Source of the DNA: Candidatus Hydrogenedentota bacterium
Lineage (GTDB): Bacteria; Hydrogenedentota; Hydrogenedentia; Hydrogenedentales; JAEUWI01
Assembly (NCBI GenBank): GCA_034669905.1
Contig: JAXMOL010000015.1
Location: forward strand, 32,001 to 96,000
Direction: 5' to 3'
Length of the DNA stretch: 64,000 bases
Below, piece after piece: positions 58,844 through 64,000 of the stretch (position 1 is its first letter; every line of letters starts with the position of its first letter). A model generated the notes under the pieces. That model was not told where the DNA came from, ran no database searches, and was given only the letters and a program-made list of their open reading frames with translations. The translations under genes were made by a program, and so were the position numbers.

Positions 58844-60097
58844 TTACTCGCGCACCCGTTCTATATCTGCGCCCAGTCCTACCAGGCGCTCTTCAATTCG
58901 TTCATAACCCCGGTCGATGTGATAAACACGAGAAATGGCCGTTTCCCCCTGCTCGGCCATGAGACCGGCAATCACCAGGGCCGCACTGGCGCGCAAGTCG
59001 GAGGCCATGACCGGCGCCCCACTGAGGGCCTTGACGCCACGCACTATCGCCGTGTTGCCATCTACATCGATATCCGCGCCCATGCGCACCAATTCGGGCA
59101 CCTGCATGAATCGGTTCTCGAATACCGTCTCCTTAATTCGGCTGACCCCATTGGCCCGTGTCATCAGCACCATCATCTGGGCCTGCAAATCGGTGGCGAA
59201 TCCGGGAAAGGGTTGGGTGGTAATATCGACCGATTTGATGCCATTGGGGGCGTGGGCCCGAATCTTGTTCCCCTGAATTTCCACTTCGGCACCGGTGGCC
59301 TGTAACTTCTTCAGGAAATTGGGGAAATGCTCCGCCTTGGCGTTCAGCACGGTCACGTCACCGCCGGTGGCAATCCCCGCCGTGAGGAAGGTCCCCGCCT
59401 CGATGCGGTCGGGCATCACAATATGCTCCGCACCGCCCAGGGCATCAACGCCCACAATGGTGATGAGGTCCGTTCCGGCACCGGATATCCGTGCGCCCAT
59501 GGCATTCAGGAAATGGGCCAGATCTTCGATTTCCGGCTCCCGTGCCACGTTGGTGAGGCGGGTCACGCCGTCGGCACGGGTCGCGGCCATCATGAGATTC
59601 TCGGTGGCACCGACGCTCGGGAAATCGAGGGCGTAGTTCACCCCCTTCAATTGCCCTTCGGCGACCACGTAGCCGTCTTCAATGCGTATGGAAGCGCCCA
59701 GGGCCTCCAGGCCTTTCAGATGGATATCCACCGGGCGGGTGCCAATGGCACAGCCCCCGGGCAGGGAAACCCGGCATTTTCCGAAGCGGGCCAGCAACGG
59801 GCCCAGCACGAAAAAGGAAGCGCGCATCTTGCGGACCAATTCATAATGGGCCTCCGCTTTGTGCAGATTCTGGGGTTCCATGGTCATGGAACGGCCCGTA
59901 AAGTCGATGGTCATGCCCATGTCGGCCAGGAGCTTGTCCATGGAGAAAATGTCGTGAAGACAGGGGATGTTGTGGAGTACGCAGGTATCTTCCGCGAGAA
60001 TCGTCGCCGCCATGAGGGGCAGGGCCGCATTCTTGGCACCGCGAATCTGCACACTGCCCTTAAGCGGCTTACCACCGCGAACCAGTATCTTGTCCAC
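58844..60097 (-). CDS. murA: UDP-N-acetylglucosamine 1-carboxyvinyltransferase
   Basis: GAKNAALP, LPGGCAIGTRP, SVGATEN, DRIEAGT, DLRA, DRGYE. Confidence 0.97.
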   Translation of the reverse strand: MDKILVRGGKPLKGSVQIRGAKNAALPLMAATILAEDTCVLHNIPCLHDIFSMDKLLADMGMTIDFTGRSMTMEPQNLHKAEAHYELVRKMRASFFVLGPLLARFGKCRVSLPGGCAIGTRPVDIHLKGLEALGASIRIEDGYVVAEGQLKGVNYALDFPSVGATENLMMAATRADGVTRLTNVAREPEIEDLAHFLNAMGARISGAGTDLITIVGVDALGGAEHIVMPDRIEAGTFLTAGIATGGDVTVLNAKAEHFPNFLKKLQATGAEVEIQGNKIRAHAPNGIKSVDITTQPFPGFATDLQAQMMVLMTRANGVSRIKETVFENRFMQVPELVRMGADIDVDGNTAIVRGVKALSGAPVMASDLRASAALVIAGLMAEQGETAISRVYHIDRGYERIEERLVGLGADIERVRE

Positions 60098-60347
60098 CAG
60101 AAATTCCTTCTTTTTCGCAAGTCCGAGGGTGAGGACCCCATTGGGGGACACAAAAAAGGCCCGAAATCGGTCGGGGCAACATTTTTACCCACAACTACGG
60201 GACACACACGGCAGGGACAGGGTTAATCGCCCAATTATGCCACAGCGGCTGGGGACATTAATACTCCGGCGCGTCCAATGGTTGCCTGGCGGGCCTGTTT
60301 GGGGGGTGTTGGGACGGGTGGAGCGCGCTGTCATCCCACGCCACATT

Positions 60348-60407
60348 TAAACGCGTTCACTTTTTATTGACAAACCTACCCCCTTGCTGATACTTTGAAC
60401 ATGTTCA
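60348..60407 (+). promoter_or_regulatory. Sigma70 promoter flanked by two palindromic operators
   Basis: TTGACA at 60367-60372; TAAACGCGTTCA (60348-60359) and perfect TGAACATGTTCA (60396-60407). Confidence 0.6.
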
Positions 60408-60434
60408 GTTAAACAACCTGCGGAGAGTCGTTTC

Positions 60435-61398
60435 ATGAAATCTTCTACCGGGTGGCGCATCGCCTACACCGTCTTTATCAGCGGCCTCATCATTTACGTT
60501 ATCGGTCTGTATGCCACAGAATTTCAACGCCATTACGGCTACACCCTCTTTGTGGCACTTCCCACGGTAAGTGGTTTCCTTCTCATCATGGTCATCACAA
60601 CGTACAAGAAGTTTTCATTTCTGTCCTCCTTCGCACTGAGTACCGTCCCGGTCATGGGCGCGGGCATCTTTTTCCTGGCAACGGGGGTAGAGGGCTTCAT
60701 TTGCCTGGCCATGGCCATGATACCCATGCTTATCCTCGCGATGCTGGGTGGGCTGGTGGCAATCGCTGCCGACTGTTTGGTCCGAAGGGCTGAGCGCAAG
60801 AAGGAAACCCGATTGCTGAGTACCGCAATCCCTACCGTATTGCTGCTCGTGGGGATGCAACTGGAACCCCACGTCATCCCCACCGCACCGACCCGAATGG
60901 TTCAGACCAACGTGGCCATCACCGGGAGCGCGGAAGACGTCTGGAAACAGGTGACCGCCTTTCCACCGATTACGCAGGAACCCCGCGGCCTGTTTGCGAC
61001 TGGCATTGCATACCCTCTCTCGGCGCATAGAGGGTACTGGCGTGGGTGCCGTGCGGTACTGCACCTTCAGTACCGGGGATTTTGTAGAACCCATCACCGT
61101 CTGGGAGCCCCCCCGGCACCTTGCCTTTGACGTTTCGGAAACCCCCCTGCCCATGCGGGAATGGTCCTTTTATGGCGCCATCGACACGCCCCACCTCCAC
61201 GGATTCATGGTCTCGGAGCGAGGAGAATTTCGCATCGTTACCGACGGAGAGAACCGGGTGCTCCTTACAGGAACCACCTGGTATCACCATGAATTATGGC
61301 CTAATTTTTACTGGGGCTGGCTTTCGGACCATATTATTCATCAGGTGCATCGACGGGTCTTGGATCACATCAAAGACGTCGTGGAATCGCAACGATAG
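60435..61398 (+). pseudogene. Membrane protein with SRPBCC-like domain, frameshifted near 61026
   Basis: First frame reads EGFICLAMA...GIAYPLSA; the second frame continues IEGTGVGAVRYCTFSTG...IHQVHRRVLDHIK. Confidence 0.8.
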
Positions 61399-61571
61399 GT
61401 GTGCATCACCTGATGGGACCGTTCCGATCTGGGTGCTTTTCCGGGGAACCAGTGTCCCTGCGCCGATCGATGCCAGCGGGCCGCTGGCACACCTCAAAAA
61501 AGAAAGGCTTATGGGCAATTGGTGCGTACCAACCGAACTCCCCTCCGCACAGACGAACTAAACCCACCCAT

Positions 61572-61765
61572 CGTGCCGCGCGATCCGGTATTCCCGGTTC
61601 GTGCGCGGGTCGGGAGATACCATTAGGTCACTCGATGGCGGTCCCGGACCAAGGACAATGCGCTATTTTCCCCATGACATCTTGAAGTCTTCCCACAACG
61701 GCCTCGCCCCCAATGACGTTCCACAGCCACTTCGCACGAACTGGAGTACCAGATCGCGCGGCACG
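61572..61765. repeat. Second family C inverted-repeat element
   Basis: CGTGCCGCGCGATCCGGTATTCCCGGTTCGTGCG...CGCACGAACTGGAGTACCAGATCGCGCGGCACG. Confidence 0.75.
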
Positions 61766-61900
61766 TCCAGGGGCTTGTGGTTCTATCTGCAAAAATGTGT
61801 GGCGACATGTTTCACAAAAAAACTTTGCAACAAGCGCTTAGCTCCCGCACTTGTACATTGGAATAAACCCTCCCCACTTATTGCCCATGAACCAAAAGAA

Positions 61901-61936
61901 AACGGTGTGTTTTCACTGTTGTGAAAACACACCGTT
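61901..61936 (-). terminator. Terminator after secG
   Basis: AACGGTGTGTTTTCAC/GTGAAAACACACCGTT 16-bp stem with a T-rich tail on the minus strand. Confidence 0.85.
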
Positions 61937-61959
61937 GAGATGGAATTGATTAAGGCGAC

Positions 61960-62613
61960 CTATTGGGCGGCGGGCGTCTCGGCGGGCGCTTCGGGAGCAG
62001 CCGGTGCTTCCGCAGCAGGCGCTTCGGGCGCTGCAGCAGGGGCTGGCTCTGCCGGTGCCTCTGCAGCGGGCGCTTCCGGCGTCGCGGCAGGTGCGGGCTC
62101 AGCAGGTGCTTCTGCAGCAGGCGCGGATTCCGGCATGGGGGTTTCTACGCTCACTTCGGCTGCTGCCGTGGGGGCTGCTTCCGCGGGGGCTTCTTCCGTC
62201 GCGGCGGGCGCTTCGGTCGACTCGGCTGGAGCCGCGGCGGGCGCTTCGCTCCCCTCATTGAAGAGGGCACCCAGGCTACCGGCCGGTGCACCCGAATCGG
62301 TCGCACTCATGCCCGCATCGTCTACCAGTTCGGGCGCCGCATTGTTTCCGAGGTTACCCGAAAGCATGGACATGAGCAGGGAAAGCAACATGAAGAGTCC
62401 GGCCATGCTGTAGGTAATGCGCTGGGGCAAGCTCTTGGAGGAGCGGGGTCCGAAAACCGCATCGCTACCGCCACCGGCACCAAAGGCACCGGCGAATCCA
62501 ACGCCCTTACCCTTTTGCAGGAGCACGATGACGACCAGACCCAGGCAGCTCGGCACGTAAATAAAAAGCAAGATCCACCACAGGGTGTTCACGCTGAAAA
62601 TCATGTCCATCAT
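61960..62613 (-). CDS. secG: Preprotein translocase SecG with long Ala/Pro/Glu tail
   Basis: VLLQKGKGVGFAGAFG...VFG...LPQRIT; follows tpiA. Confidence 0.92.
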   Translation of the reverse strand: MMDMIFSVNTLWWILLFIYVPSCLGLVVIVLLQKGKGVGFAGAFGAGGGSDAVFGPRSSKSLPQRITYSMAGLFMLLSLLMSMLSGNLGNNAAPELVDDAGMSATDSGAPAGSLGALFNEGSEAPAAAPAESTEAPAATEEAPAEAAPTAAAEVSVETPMPESAPAAEAPAEPAPAATPEAPAAEAPAEPAPAAAPEAPAAEAPAAPEAPAETPAAQ

Positions 62614-62760
62614 GGCAGAAAAAATCCTCTTAGTGCCTGGTTGACGACTAACGACCCAACCCGACGTTTCGGGCATTGGCTTGTCCGCCGCCCTGACTCA
62701 TCACAACAATGTTTATGGAAGGACTCCCCTCTACGAAGAAGGAACGCCCGGAATTACGTA

Positions 62761-63534
62761 TCAGCCGTGGGCACTGACGGCATTGACGATAGCGGCAAAG
62801 CTATCGGCCTGCAGCGCAGCACCACCCACGAGGAACCCATCCACGTTGGGCTGGGAAATCAACTCGGCAGCATTGTCCGGCTTGGCGCTGCCACCATACT
62901 GGATGCGAAGTCCGTCGGCGACTGCGTCGCCAAACTGGTCGCGCACCAGTCCGCGGACGAAAAGGTGGGCCGATTCGGCCTGTTCGGGCGATGCCGTGAC
63001 GCCGGTGCCGATGGCCCATACCGGCTCATAGGCGATGGCCACGTTGGCGAACTGGTCTGCCGTAAGGCCTTTGAGGCCTTCGGTGACCTGGCGGGTGAGG
63101 ACGTCGTCCATCTTACCACCTTCACGCTCTTCGAGGGTCTCGCCGATGCAGAACATAACCTTAAGTCCTGCGGACAGGGCGAAATGGAGTTTTTCGTTCA
63201 GAAAGGCGTCGCTCTCGGTGAAGTATTCCCGGCGTTCGCTGTGTCCGAGGATAACCCACGTGCAGCCCGTGTCTTTAATCAACTGGGGGCTGACTTCGCC
63301 GGTGAAGGCGCCACTTTCCTTGGTGTAGGCATTCTGGGCGCCCACTTCCACGTTGCTGCCGGCCGCGGCCTGGGCCGCACCGTGGAGCGCTGTGTAAACC
63401 GGGCAAACCACCACATCGACGTTACTTACGCCACTCACGAGGGGTTTCAACGCGTTGACGGTTTCCACCGCTTCGCTGACCGTCTTGTTCAATTTCCAAT
63501 TGCCCGCAACAAGGGGCTTTCTTGCCGTAGCCAT
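62761..63534 (-). CDS. tpiA: Triosephosphate isomerase
   Basis: AGNWK, GAFTGE, GHSERR, AYEPVWAIGTG, YGGS, LVGGA. Confidence 0.98.
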   Translation of the reverse strand: MATARKPLVAGNWKLNKTVSEAVETVNALKPLVSGVSNVDVVVCPVYTALHGAAQAAAGSNVEVGAQNAYTKESGAFTGEVSPQLIKDTGCTWVILGHSERREYFTESDAFLNEKLHFALSAGLKVMFCIGETLEEREGGKMDDVLTRQVTEGLKGLTADQFANVAIAYEPVWAIGTGVTASPEQAESAHLFVRGLVRDQFGDAVADGLRIQYGGSAKPDNAAELISQPNVDGFLVGGAALQADSFAAIVNAVSAHG

Positions 63535-63770
63535 AATGCACCATCCATCGGCTATCCCAAGCGCTTCGGGCGGAAAAACAAGCAATCCAGCCGGAACGAC
63601 GTTTGCAGATAGCAATTATCGGGACCGCAAACCCCAAGGGTGGGTCCCGTGAAATTTCGGGGTAAACGAAGGTATCACAAGAATTACAATCGCGGCAGGA
63701 TAGCACAGGAAGGACACAAGGCGCAAAAAAGAAACGGGCTGTAAAACCTTGTGATCAGTCCACCGACGTG

Positions 63771-64000
63771 CTATAAATCAGGGGCAGGACGTAGGGCTTC
63801 CAGGGGCATATCGGTAGGCTGACCGAGGGTCCCGGGCACGTGCGGCGCATGTTGTAATGGCCCTGCGAAACGGTTGACAGGCACCGCGCCTTTTACACAA
63901 CGGGCGGGGTGCATCCCAACGAAGCGCCATTCCCCGCGCAGGAGACGGATGCCCATGAGCACGACCTCGATCGCTCCCGAGACCCAGGAAACCGACCCCC
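63771..64000 (-). CDS. C-terminal end of an unidentified protein entering from the window edge
   Basis: Open frame from the edge to the stop at 63771; no recognisable motif. Confidence 0.35.
   Translation of the reverse strand, partial: GSVSWVSGAIEVVLMGIRLLRGEWRFVGMHPARCVKGAVPVNRFAGPLQHAPHVPGTLGQPTDMPLEALRPAPDL

Overview
GC-rich chromosomal segment of a diderm (lipid A-making) bacterium. The gene mix is reminiscent of PVC-like or Ca. Hydrogenedentota genomes, which is an inference only. In order it contains: partial trxB; an atypical tRNA-His(GUG); glgB plus amylosucrase; secreted carbohydrate, phosphatase and oxidoreductase genes; mcsA-mcsB-clpC joined to bamA-skp-lpxD-lpxC/fabZ; a sigma54-linked PEP-CTERM/exosortase/EpsI/Wza/Wzc/TPR locus; a sodium:solute symporter; a glucosylglycerate locus; a REP-associated tyrosine transposase (RAYT); murA-hisD-hisC; secG and tpiA. 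The most notable observations are: (1) tRNA-His with no encoded G-1, a G1:U72 pair and A73; (2) a PEP-CTERM/EPS locus led by a receiver-less sigma54 activator and flanked by a degenerate GGDEF protein and a stand-alone cNMP-binding protein, instead of PrsK/PrsR; (3) McsB with its catalytic and ATP-binding motifs eroded, a possible pseudokinase; (4) a GpgS-like synthase fused to a glucosylglycerate phosphorylase-like domain; (5) a RAYT framed by its REPs, with an adjacent empty doublet and three other palindromic repeat families, one showing stem covariation. No CRISPR array, rRNA, prophage or integrase was seen.
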